IMG/VR virus record: IMGVR_UViG_3300025410_000024
Coordinates: 1-54,920 of that record
Length of the DNA: 54,920 nucleotides
DNA from: a virus
Lineage: Duplodnaviria > Caudoviricetes
Direction: 5' to 3' (one strand)
Shown here in pieces: positions 8,658 to 16,799 of this stretch. Under the pieces are notes generated by a model that saw only the letters and a program-made list of their open reading frames with translations, was not told where the DNA came from and made no database searches. A program made the position numbers and the translations under genes. How positions within the stretch are numbered: the stretch's first letter is position 1; every line of letters starts with the position of its first letter.

Positions 8658-9059
8658 ATGGAACACTACATAGAAGCAACTCCTAAAACAAAAAGATATA
8701 TCGAATCACTCTTGCCTTCGATGCTTTCCCAACTAGGGTTGACTCGCAGTCGTAAGCTCTTACACATCAAGGTAGACCGAGAAGCGGATCACCCAGGCAC
8801 CTGTATTCCTTTCCTAGGAATGAACACTATGCTGATCGTGTTACAGCCAAACAAAGACCTAGCCCAGTTTGGAGTCACTCTAGCACACGAATTGACCCAT
8901 GTGGCCCAGTTCGCCAAAGGTATTCTACAATGCACACCTAAGGGAAAACGCTGGAAAGGTAAGTTCTACGGAAACAAAACCAAGTATCTAAATCAACCCT
9001 GGGAGATACAGGCCTTTGCTCAACAGGAAATTGTATTCCGTAGGGCAATAGAAGAATAA
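8658..9059 (+). CDS. putative zinc metallopeptidase (HExxH)
   Basis: TLAHELTHVAQF...QPWEIQA. Confidence 0.8.
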   Translation: MEHYIEATPKTKRYIESLLPSMLSQLGLTRSRKLLHIKVDREADHPGTCIPFLGMNTMLIVLQPNKDLAQFGVTLAHELTHVAQFAKGILQCTPKGKRWKGKFYGNKTKYLNQPWEIQAFAQQEIVFRRAIEE

Positions 9060-9125
9060 CCCTACAGGTTGACAGATTATTCCAAACGCGTTATAATACA
9101 CACATACACTAAAAAGGAGCAGACA

Positions 9126-9437
9126 ATGAAACTACACATTCAAACTCAAGTCTACGAAAACTACGGCGCACACGACTGGGATGGTGTGGGATCTTGCCCA
9201 CAGTATTGGAAAGCCAAAGGCGGTAACGATTACTTTGTTCCTAAGGTAAAGAATGCGGAAGAAGCTACTGCCGCAATCATGTGCCTGCGTGAAAAAATTG
9301 AAGAGAGTAACGAATACTTTAGAGAAAACATCATTGGATGGGATCTTGTTGATAATAAGTTTCGCACAGAATTTGAACAAAGCCAACTGGAACACGAAGG
9401 CCAAATCCGCTTCCCAGCAAAGGTATTAACCTGGTAA
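9126..9437 (+). CDS. hypothetical phage protein (ENYGAHDWDG...PQYWKAKGG)
   Basis: Start corrected to ATG after AAGGAG. Confidence 0.85.
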   Translation: MKLHIQTQVYENYGAHDWDGVGSCPQYWKAKGGNDYFVPKVKNAEEATAAIMCLREKIEESNEYFRENIIGWDLVDNKFRTEFEQSQLEHEGQIRFPAKVLTW

Positions 9438-9503
9438 CCCAGTGGTTGACAGGGTTATTGGTTTGAGGTTATAATACACACATACACTAAGGAGGAGCCT
9501 AAG

Positions 9504-9833
9504 ATGCATACAGTAGAACTAGATACTAAAGAAGCCCCAAACAAATGGTGGGCACTACAAGATCGCAGAATGCGGAACATTGCCAACGCGAGCCTGTATT
9601 CAGATAAACAGAAGGTTCGTGCAGAGCGCATGAAGTTGGCATTAGAAATGTTATACACAGGCAAAATCTACGATATCGCATTTGGCAAGCGTAGTATCAG
9701 CGTTAAACTACAAAGTGGCGGTAATATCCGCAATCGTAAGGAATTGAGCTTATTAGAAGCAGACTGGAGTGCCGAAGGCATATACAAAAAAGCCACAGAG
9801 CAGGGCGTACAGTATCATATCCCTAGAGCTTGA
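9504..9833 (+). CDS. hypothetical protein
   Basis: AAGGAGGAG SD, promoter. Confidence 0.8.
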   Translation: MHTVELDTKEAPNKWWALQDRRMRNIANASLYSDKQKVRAERMKLALEMLYTGKIYDIAFGKRSISVKLQSGGNIRNRKELSLLEADWSAEGIYKKATEQGVQYHIPRA

Positions 9834-9886
9834 CGGGTTATTGAATTGAGAGTATAATACACACATACACTAAAAAGGAGCACACT

Positions 9887-10264
9887 ATGTCAGATAAACT
9901 CAAAGACATTGACAGCAACCGACTAGGCGACTACCTAGAGGATTACTGTAACGAGGATTTGAACAAGCGTCTACATAAGTTCATGGTTCTAGATGACCCT
10001 GCTAACATAGAGAACATACTGGAAAAGGCGGACTTTGAAGACATTACTAACGAAGATATCCTAGTAGGTATTACAGTGGCAGAAGCTACCTTAGTCCAAG
10101 TTAACAAGGTGCTCAAAGCACAGGGCATAGACTTCCATTTCCGCCGTTTTGACTCTGTAGATTACGATGCCTATATGCTGGTTCATAACAAAGAAAACCT
10201 TAAGGCTACGGCAGAACGAGTGCGCGGTACACGACGCCATTATGGCCCGACCTCACCGTTCTAA
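9887..10264 (+). CDS. hypothetical protein
   Basis: Promoter cassette and SD. Confidence 0.8.
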   Translation: MSDKLKDIDSNRLGDYLEDYCNEDLNKRLHKFMVLDDPANIENILEKADFEDITNEDILVGITVAEATLVQVNKVLKAQGIDFHFRRFDSVDYDAYMLVHNKENLKATAERVRGTRRHYGPTSPF

Positions 10265-10333
10265 AGACCCTAAAGGTTGACAGGTTATTCAAAAGGCGTT
10301 ATAATACATACATCGCAACAAGGAGCACACACT

Positions 10334-10546
10334 ATGGGATACCGCGTACTAGACACCGTAGACTATATGAGAAACAAGTATGGTCCACGCAAGGGACTTG
10401 AAGGTCCCTTCAACTTCTCCGGTCGTGTCCTGTACTATGATCCCAAGGAAGGTTCCTACTATGATCCGACCACTGACTTCTATGTCAGCAGGGACGAAAT
10501 GGACTTCCTCAACAACGAATTGATGCGTAAATTGGAGCGAGCATGA
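10334..10546 (+). CDS. hypothetical protein (YYDP repeats)
   Basis: Start corrected; YYDPKEGSYYDPTTD. Confidence 0.8.
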   Translation: MGYRVLDTVDYMRNKYGPRKGLEGPFNFSGRVLYYDPKEGSYYDPTTDFYVSRDEMDFLNNELMRKLERA

Positions 10547-10728
10547 AACGGATTGACCCTAGCCTAAACCCACTAGAGGTTATGATTATTGCGGAACTAC
10601 TGGCAACGGATAATATAGAGCATTACACTATGCGACCTGGCAACGATTGCGTCTGGGTATCATATAGTCAATTGGAAACCTACTGGATATTTAGAGAAGG
10701 TAAATTGGTTGACATTCAGATTGATTAA
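10543..10728 (+). CDS. hypothetical protein
   Basis: ATGA overlap, GGAG SD. Confidence 0.75.
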   Translation: MKRIDPSLNPLEVMIIAELLATDNIEHYTMRPGNDCVWVSYSQLETYWIFREGKLVDIQID

Positions 10729-10764
10729 CAGTATAATACACATATACACAAGCAGGAGTCTACA

Positions 10765-11010
10765 ATGAGAGAGAAATTAACGGTAGAAAAACTAATAGAA
10801 ATCTTAACCAAGGTAGAGGATAAAACCCTACTTGTAAGGATGTCTATGAATAATGAATACGACGCATCTGTGTCAGCGGATATGGTAGATGTTGTAGACT
10901 ACGGATCCGGTCCTAGGCTCTACATCAGCGACACATTGCCTTGGAAAAGAGTTGACGACACCACCTACGATGAGAATGGAAATATCGTTGACTTATCAGA
11001 TACAATCTAA
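10765..11010 (+). CDS. hypothetical protein
   Basis: AGGAG SD, promoter 10709. Confidence 0.8.
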   Translation: MREKLTVEKLIEILTKVEDKTLLVRMSMNNEYDASVSADMVDVVDYGSGPRLYISDTLPWKRVDDTTYDENGNIVDLSDTI

Positions 11011-11019
11011 GGAACAGAT

Positions 11020-11187
11020 ATGGAAGACGCTGTAGAATTACATTGCACCTATGATGAAACAGAATTGCTGTGGCACGTTTGGTTCCCTCATCCGTTGGGT
11101 GGAATGAATGTACTAGAGTCATTTGACAACGAGGATGATGCTCGCAGATTTTGGCAGGAACAAATCGACAGTGCCGATGAGGTATAG
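11020..11187 (+). CDS. 55-aa acidic protein MEDAVELH... (not in ORF track)
   Basis: TAAGGA SD, open frame. Confidence 0.7.
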   Translation: MEDAVELHCTYDETELLWHVWFPHPLGGMNVLESFDNEDDARRFWQEQIDSADEV

Positions 11188-11188
11188 T

Positions 11189-11296
11189 ATGAACGGAATT
11201 AAATTATTTTTGACAATATTAGGATTATTCATAGGAGCTATCTTGCTACTATTGGCAGGGTGGTATTTGGAACAATTGGTTAGGGAATGGCTATGA
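11189..11296 (+). CDS. 35-aa single-TM peptide (not in ORF track)
   Basis: GAGGT SD; LFLTILGLFIGAILLLLAGWYL; ATGA coupling to next gene. Confidence 0.65.
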   Translation: MNGIKLFLTILGLFIGAILLLLAGWYLEQLVREWL

Positions 11297-11514
11297 ACAA
11301 ATGGGATAACGATAATTTAGTATGGATGCTGACCTGCTCGGAGTCAGAGTTTTCAGAGTGGTGCAATCAGGCCTCCAATGACGATATTGCCTATGCCCTA
11401 GAGTTAATGGGTGCTAGAAAAGCAACCCTAGCCCTGTACGAAGCTGAGTTGATGGACGATGTTGCGAATTTACAACAGGCCAAAGAAGTACTTGATCGTT
11501 TTAGGTTGAAGTAG
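11293..11514 (+). CDS. hypothetical protein
   Basis: ATGA overlap; start MNKWDND. Confidence 0.75.
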   Translation: MNKWDNDNLVWMLTCSESEFSEWCNQASNDDIAYALELMGARKATLALYEAELMDDVANLQQAKEVLDRFRLK

Positions 11515-11551
11515 TATAATACACACATACACAAACAAACAGGAGCACACT

Positions 11552-11722
11552 ATGATTACCCAAGCACTAGAAACAGTTACAGCAATCAGCCAAGTATTAC
11601 AGATGCCTATGTTAGAGACTTTGCTGTACATTAGAGAGCACACAGAAGAATTCAGTCTCACAGAGTTGCGCGATTACTACATCGTGATGGCAGACTTTGA
11701 ACGCCTGTTGACACCTGCTTAA
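11552..11722 (+). CDS. 56-aa protein MITQALET... (not in ORF track; likely paralog of 2605..2781)
   Basis: Promoter 11492-11520, AGGAG SD. Confidence 0.8.
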   Translation: MITQALETVTAISQVLQMPMLETLLYIREHTEEFSLTELRDYYIVMADFERLLTPA

Positions 11723-11763
11723 TTTCGCAGTATAATACATTTACTTTAACAAAGGAGCAGACT

Positions 11764-11856
11764 ATGTTAGTAGAAGCATTTATGTTATCTTTTCCATTAT
11801 GGTTCATTTTGCTGGCAATGCTAATGGCAATTGTAGCGGTTGACGGAATGAAATAA
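11764..11856 (+). CDS. 30-aa single-TM peptide with its own promoter (not in ORF track)
   Basis: Promoter 11708-11736, AAGGAG SD; MLVEAFMLSFPLWFILLAMLMAIVAVDGMK. Confidence 0.7.
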   Translation: MLVEAFMLSFPLWFILLAMLMAIVAVDGMK

Positions 11857-11898
11857 ATCGGTTATAATAACCACATGTTAAGCAAAAAGGAGTTGAAT

Positions 11899-12048
11899 AT
11901 GTCAAACGCAAATAACGTCAGCAAATTTATTGTTTGGGTAGGCGGCGTAGCTGATTATGAAGGCGATGATTTAAATCAGGCCAAAGCAGTCTATAAAGAG
12001 TGGATTTCACAAAACTACGATGATGTCATTTTGGAAGTAGTGGCATAA
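11899..12048 (+). CDS. 49-aa protein MSNANNVSKFIVWVGG... (not in ORF track)
   Basis: Promoter 11840-11868, AAGGAG SD. Confidence 0.75.
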   Translation: MSNANNVSKFIVWVGGVADYEGDDLNQAKAVYKEWISQNYDDVILEVVA

Positions 12049-12142
12049 TCACACTTGTTGCTAAAAAACAACACTTTTCGGTTGCCCAAAAACACAAAAT
12101 CGGTTATAATACATACATCAACAACGCATTAAGGAGCACACT

Positions 12143-12502
12143 ATGTTCGCACTAGCAACCAAGGAAGCATTCAATTTAACAGCAGTACAAGACGCGCTCA
12201 ACGAAGCAGGCATTCAAGCTCGCACAGCGGCCAAAGACTTCTACAGCAAACACGGTGATCGTGATGCTTGTGGCTTTGCTTGGGTCAACGTGTACGGCGT
12301 ACGTTCAAACTCAAAGCTGGGCAAGGCCTTACAGGCCGCAGGCTTCCGCAAAGACTACACAGGTGCCTTGTGCTTGTGGAACCCCAGCCAAATGGGCACA
12401 CAAAGCATCTCAATCCTGGAAGCGGGTGCTGTGGCCTACGCAGATGTGATCAAACAGCGCCTAGGACTTGAGCAGGTCTACGCAGGATCAAGATTAGATT
12501 AA
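12143..12502 (+). CDS. hypothetical phage protein (CGFAWV motif)
   Basis: DACGFAWV...SRLD; TAAGGAG SD. Confidence 0.85.
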   Translation: MFALATKEAFNLTAVQDALNEAGIQARTAAKDFYSKHGDRDACGFAWVNVYGVRSNSKLGKALQAAGFRKDYTGALCLWNPSQMGTQSISILEAGAVAYADVIKQRLGLEQVYAGSRLD

Positions 12503-12518
12503 GGGCGGTAGTTGTGTT

Positions 12519-12557
12519 TACCAGGCAGGAGCGCCGTAAGTCCTGGTATTTTTTTTT
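12519..12557 (+). terminator. putative terminator
   Basis: TACCAGG/CCTGGTA stem followed by a T9 run. Confidence 0.6.
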
Positions 12558-12567
12558 GGAGTCGACA

Positions 12568-12807
12568 ATGATGTCAATGAAAATGAGAGCTTTTTGTGAT
12601 GCTATAGTATATACCGTGGCTTTGATCCTGGCCGCTGTGGCTATTAAGGCGGCAGGTGATTGGTTAGAGGCCAATGCCACTATAGAAGAACTACACACCT
12701 TTTGTAACCTGTGCCTGATAGGATTTGCTGTATATATGTTTTACACATTCCGATTGAGCCAACTGGAAACCCGGGAAACATTGAAGAAGTTTTCGGATAA
12801 ACTGTAA
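12568..12807 (+). CDS. small 2-TM membrane protein
   Basis: GGAG SD before ATG 12568; two hydrophobic segments. Confidence 0.65.
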   Translation: MMSMKMRAFCDAIVYTVALILAAVAIKAAGDWLEANATIEELHTFCNLCLIGFAVYMFYTFRLSQLETRETLKKFSDKL

Positions 12808-12872
12808 TTGACTGCTACAGTGAATCACAGTATAATACACACTTGTTAAATAAATTATCAAAGGAACCAACA

Positions 12873-13739
12873 ATGGCAAAAGCAAATACTCGTCCCGGCA
12901 AGACAGCAGAGATCTTAGAGTTCGACACAGATGCTATCCGTGCACGAGAAAAAGAAGTCGCCAAGGAATCAGATGATTCAATCATCGAGCGTCTACGTGA
13001 GCGTTTTCAAATCTTAACGGATATGACACGAGCAGTCAAGCAAGGAGACATTCGTGCTATGATTGTCAGTGGCCCACCCGGAGTTGGTAAATCCTTTGGT
13101 GTTGAAGCAGTACTAGAAAAGGATGGTTTATTTGACAGTCTCGCAGAGCGCAAGCCCAAGTATGAAATCGTCAAAGGTGCGATGAGCAGTATCGGTCTTT
13201 ATGCCAAGTTATACGAGTACAGCCAATCAGGCAATGTAGTGGTGTTTGATGACTGTGACAGTATCCTTATGGAGGACTTATCATTAAACATCCTTAAGGG
13301 TGCCTTAGACTCCAGCAACAGACGCTTCATCAGCTGGAACACAGACAGTCGTATCCTACGCTCAGAGGGCATTCCAGATCGCTTTGAGTTCTGTGCAGGT
13401 GCTATCTTTATCACCAACATCAAGTTCGAGCACGTACGATCAAAGAAGCTCAGAGATCACTTAGACGCCCTGGAAAGCCGTTGCCACTACATTGATCTAC
13501 AGATGGACACAACCAGAGAGAAGCTACTCCGCATCAAGCAGATTGTAGGAGACGGTATGTTGGACAAGTACGAGTTCCACGACGCTGTCAAAGCAGAGAT
13601 TGTAGAGTTTGTAGAAAGCAATGCCGATCATTTACGTGAGTTGAGTCTGCGTATGGTCCTGAAGATTGCAGATTTGAAAAAGAGCTTTCCCAACAACTAC
13701 CAGTCTATGGCACGTACTACTTGTTTCCGTAGGGCCTAA
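12873..13739 (+). CDS. AAA+ family ATPase
   Basis: Walker A GPPGVGKS, Walker B VVFDDCD, sensor ITN, ALESR arginine finger. Confidence 0.9.
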   Translation: MAKANTRPGKTAEILEFDTDAIRAREKEVAKESDDSIIERLRERFQILTDMTRAVKQGDIRAMIVSGPPGVGKSFGVEAVLEKDGLFDSLAERKPKYEIVKGAMSSIGLYAKLYEYSQSGNVVVFDDCDSILMEDLSLNILKGALDSSNRRFISWNTDSRILRSEGIPDRFEFCAGAIFITNIKFEHVRSKKLRDHLDALESRCHYIDLQMDTTREKLLRIKQIVGDGMLDKYEFHDAVKAEIVEFVESNADHLRELSLRMVLKIADLKKSFPNNYQSMARTTCFRRA

Positions 13740-13742
13740 TAT

Positions 13743-13985
13743 ATGACAATGCGAAACCTACAGCGTACGATTATCATAGTGCTTATTTGTGCTGTGCTGT
13801 ACTTACTAGGAGCGGAGATCAATGCCCAGTTTTGGGCAATCTCCAGCATACTAGCACTAACAATATGCCTAGAGTTCCTAGCATACACATCAGGAATGGC
13901 TGATGGTATTGAAGCATATATGCGTATGTCCTTGGAACAACGAACCCGTTTAGAACAATTACTCAAAGAAGACGACTTAAAATGA
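13743..13985 (+). CDS. 2-TM membrane protein
   Basis: Two hydrophobic helices. Confidence 0.7.
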   Translation: MTMRNLQRTIIIVLICAVLYLLGAEINAQFWAISSILALTICLEFLAYTSGMADGIEAYMRMSLEQRTRLEQLLKEDDLK

Positions 13986-14236
13986 TCACAACTAAACAGG
14001 CCTATAGTCCAGTATGTACATACCTAGGAAATGCAGTCAGACTAGAATGCCAATGTAATAAACCCAGCATAGAGAACAAGAGCTACTGTGAAGAACACGT
14101 TTGGACAGTATATCAAAAGAACAGTATGCTAGGACGACGTGTCAAGGACACTCGTGTAGCCAACAGCGTACACCTTTGGGAAAGCCTGTTTAATGAAGCT
14201 GTAGAAGAACTTATCGCAGAAGGAGAAATAGTATGA
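13982..14236 (+). CDS. Cys/His protein resembling the GcrA C-terminal domain
   Basis: CTY...C...SYCEEH..VYQ spacing; ATGA overlap. Confidence 0.5.
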   Translation: MITTKQAYSPVCTYLGNAVRLECQCNKPSIENKSYCEEHVWTVYQKNSMLGRRVKDTRVANSVHLWESLFNEAVEELIAEGEIV

Positions 14237-14427
14237 AAGACCTAGCAGTTATCCTAATATTCCTGGGTGCTTTTGCCCTAATAGTATTTGCACCCTTTGC
14301 TACTGTATGGGCGTTGAACACGCTGTTCAGTGGACTAGGATTGAATATTCCTTATACATTCGAAACATGGTGTGCTGTATTGATCCTAGGAACGTTCCTG
14401 CGAGCCAATGTAAACATCAAGAAATGA
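14233..14427 (+). CDS. small membrane protein
   Basis: AAGGAG SD, hydrophobic. Confidence 0.75.
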   Translation: MKDLAVILIFLGAFALIVFAPFATVWALNTLFSGLGLNIPYTFETWCAVLILGTFLRANVNIKK

Positions 14428-14674
14428 TGCTCCGGTGTACCTGGTCTGCTGTCTAAGGTGGGGTGGGTTGGGTACATTTTTACAAGTGTTGTTTTTGCGC
14501 AACAAATGCAATGCCAAACTTTTCAAAAATTTTTCTAAAAATTTTTCCAAAAACCACCTTAAAAAACTTCGACTTAGATTAAAACGGCCTGGGGTCTATA
14601 TTTCCAGACCTTGAAATTTTTGCGTCGCAAATTTTTGCCCTATATATAGACCTCGGGCTAACTGTGCTAACTAT

Positions 14675-14953
14675 ATGTATATAACCCCTTTACACAATAT
14701 ACGCACACACTCAATGGACTTACTACACACTCTTGTTCCACGTTTTTTCAGTATTCTATTAAGTTGGATAGACACTGGAAATCTTCGTAACCGCTTATAT
14801 ACGCTAGAACAACGTGTAGAAATACTGGAGACTGCTCTCAGCGACATAGAGCGTATAAACAGTAAAAATGCTCGTGATCCACTTGTACAGGGCATAGTTG
14901 ATCGTGTAAACAGGGTAGAAAAAGCTTCTGAAGATTTAAAATCTGGGGTTTAA
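14675..14953 (+). CDS. possible small coiled-coil protein
   Basis: LEQRVEILETALSDIERI heptads; no clear SD. Confidence 0.45.
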   Translation: MYITPLHNIRTHSMDLLHTLVPRFFSILLSWIDTGNLRNRLYTLEQRVEILETALSDIERINSKNARDPLVQGIVDRVNRVEKASEDLKSGV

Positions 14954-15222
14954 AAATTTTGCGCAGTAAATTTTTGACTGTGTATATAGAGGTTTATGCC
15001 CGGTCATACATTGATCTATACGCTAGTACTAGATCATCTAGACTGTATATGTACTGTATTTCTACTGTGTGTTATACTGTGAATATATAGTATAAAGAGT
15101 ATATAAGAGTTAGACCCACTCCGATAAAAAGGGTTTACCGATTTTTTTGCGCTTCGCGCTTCGCGTTCTTGGGCCTAATCTAACCCAATCTGAGCTAGGA
15201 CTACACGCTAATAAATAAGTGT

Positions 15223-16326
15223 ATGACATTACCATCTTATCCCAGTTCTCTAAGTTTAAACCAGATTGAGCAGGAATTTACCTGCAATGGATCATACTGT
15301 AGCCTGTGTAACCCAAAATCATTGAGCGAATTTTACGCTTCTCCCTGTGGGAGAGTTGTCAGCGGTACAATTGGTTATCCCAATGGTGTAGCTACTCCTA
15401 TACCCAGTTCGGGTGCTTTGAGCATCGATAACTTCCACGGGGCCAAGGCAGCCTGTATGCTTGTACTTAACAGCACACAATCTTGGACTGTGCCCGCGGG
15501 CGCTAGTTGTATAACTGTACTACTAGCCGGGGGAGGAGGGGGTGGGGGCTCTACTGTAGGTCATGGTGGTGATGGTGGCGGGGGTGGGGGCGCCGGCGGA
15601 ATAGTTGCCACAACACTATCAGTTAATCCCGGAGATACTTACTGTGTTGTGGTTGGTGGTGGGGGTGCCGGGGGCAGTGCTACTACATTAGGAGATTGGG
15701 GTAGTAATGGTGGATATACCTGTTTTTGCGGACCGGGTGGAAGTTGGCTTGCAGGAGGCGGCGGCGGAGGGGGTGGCTCACACTACGGCGGTTATGGCTA
15801 TAATTATTCTGGAAGAAACGGAGCCAGTGGTGGAGGAGCCAGTGCGTACTTTGGCAATACTTATAATTGGACTCCGGGGGCAGCCACCTATGGGATACAA
15901 GGTAACCGAGGCGGTTGTCAATGCGACAACGGCACAAATGGATCAGGTGGCGCAGTGTGTACTCCTGGAGGAGACTACGGGCAAGGCACCGGAGGACAAG
16001 GACTTCATTTTTATTCAGTGTCCGCTCCTGGATGCTATTGTGTTGGTGGGGGTGGGGGCGCCGGCGGAGGATTCACCGATAGTCCTAGCGGATTTACTCC
16101 CTCTAGTATATTCGGACAAGGCAAGCCAGGTGGACAAGGATACGGAGCCGCTGGCGGAGATGGGGCCGCGGCCACCGGAGGAAACGCACTACCTGGAGCA
16201 GATGCTGTGGTTAATCGAGGAGGTGGAGGTGGAGGCGGAGGTGGACACTTTTATGATACCAACGACGGAGCCGGAGGCGGGCAAGGTGGCTCGGGTGTAG
16301 TAGTAATTGCACTAGGTCGACCCTAA
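15223..16326 (+). CDS. glycine-rich, Cys-enriched virion/fibre-like protein
   Basis: Repeated GGGGGG/GAGG tracts, C-terminal GGSGVVVI; TAAATA late promoter 15212-15217. Confidence 0.8.
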   Translation: MTLPSYPSSLSLNQIEQEFTCNGSYCSLCNPKSLSEFYASPCGRVVSGTIGYPNGVATPIPSSGALSIDNFHGAKAACMLVLNSTQSWTVPAGASCITVLLAGGGGGGGSTVGHGGDGGGGGGAGGIVATTLSVNPGDTYCVVVGGGGAGGSATTLGDWGSNGGYTCFCGPGGSWLAGGGGGGGGSHYGGYGYNYSGRNGASGGGASAYFGNTYNWTPGAATYGIQGNRGGCQCDNGTNGSGGAVCTPGGDYGQGTGGQGLHFYSVSAPGCYCVGGGGGAGGGFTDSPSGFTPSSIFGQGKPGGQGYGAAGGDGAAATGGNALPGADAVVNRGGGGGGGGGHFYDTNDGAGGGQGGSGVVVIALGRP

Positions 16327-16337
16327 GGATTAAAATT

Positions 16338-16784
16338 ATGGCACATTATGCTAAAATAGAAAAAGGTATAGTACAAACAGTTATTGTTGCAGATGCTGAC
16401 AATATTGCTGGAGCCGACGGTACTTGGATTCAGGTCAGCTACAATACTCGCGGTGGAATACATTATGGTCCTGATGGACAGCCTGATGGCGGAGTTGCAT
16501 TGCGTAAAAATTATCCCGGAATAGGTTGGTGCTATGATTCTGTGCTAGATTGTTTTTATCCACCAAGGCCTTTTCCTAGTTGGACATTGGATACTGACAC
16601 CGCTATGTGGAATCCTCCCATACCTAGGCCCACGGAACTACCCCCACAACCTTCGGGTTCTCAAAGAATAATAGACTGGAGATGGTTTGAACCTGAACTA
16701 ACCTGGGTCCCTGCAGATCAAATCTTTTCAAAGATTTCTGAGTTCCGAACTTCAAAACTAACTATTCCAACCACACAACTATAA
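16338..16784 (+). CDS. fibre-associated protein, possible assembly chaperone
   Basis: MAHYAKI...WIQVSYN...LRKNYPGIG...FYPPRPFPSW pattern following a Gly-rich gene. Confidence 0.65.
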   Translation: MAHYAKIEKGIVQTVIVADADNIAGADGTWIQVSYNTRGGIHYGPDGQPDGGVALRKNYPGIGWCYDSVLDCFYPPRPFPSWTLDTDTAMWNPPIPRPTELPPQPSGSQRIIDWRWFEPELTWVPADQIFSKISEFRTSKLTIPTTQL

Positions 16785-16799
16785 AAAAGGACAATAACA

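Larger units (their letters stand above)
844..12836 (+). repeat. dispersed array of 25 early sigma70 promoter/leader/SD cassettes
   Basis: -35 boxes at 844,1186,1570,2203,2546,2815,3219,3888,4194,4587,5855,6136,6422,7318,8604,9069,9446,9830,10277,10709,11492,11708,11840,12082,12808; each has TATAAT 16-18 nt later, most with an AC-rich leader and AGGAG. Confidence 0.92.

Noticed and set aside
1186-10333. ORF-track starts at 1186, 1582, 2203, 2542, 4598, 9069, 10277
   Set aside because: They begin within promoter DNA (often the TTG of TTGACA); SD-led ATGs lie downstream
844-12836. Repeated leader sequence as a CRISPR array
   Set aside because: Spacing is irregular (about 130-1300 bp), intervening DNA is genes, repeats are promoter/SD elements, and no cas genes are present
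871-13966. Short minus-strand ORFs in the early region, several starting MYYN
   Set aside because: Antisense shadows of TATAATACA cassettes and plus-strand genes; no SD or promoter
15707-16300. 197-aa alternative-frame ORF
   Set aside because: Shadow of GGN-rich glycine codons
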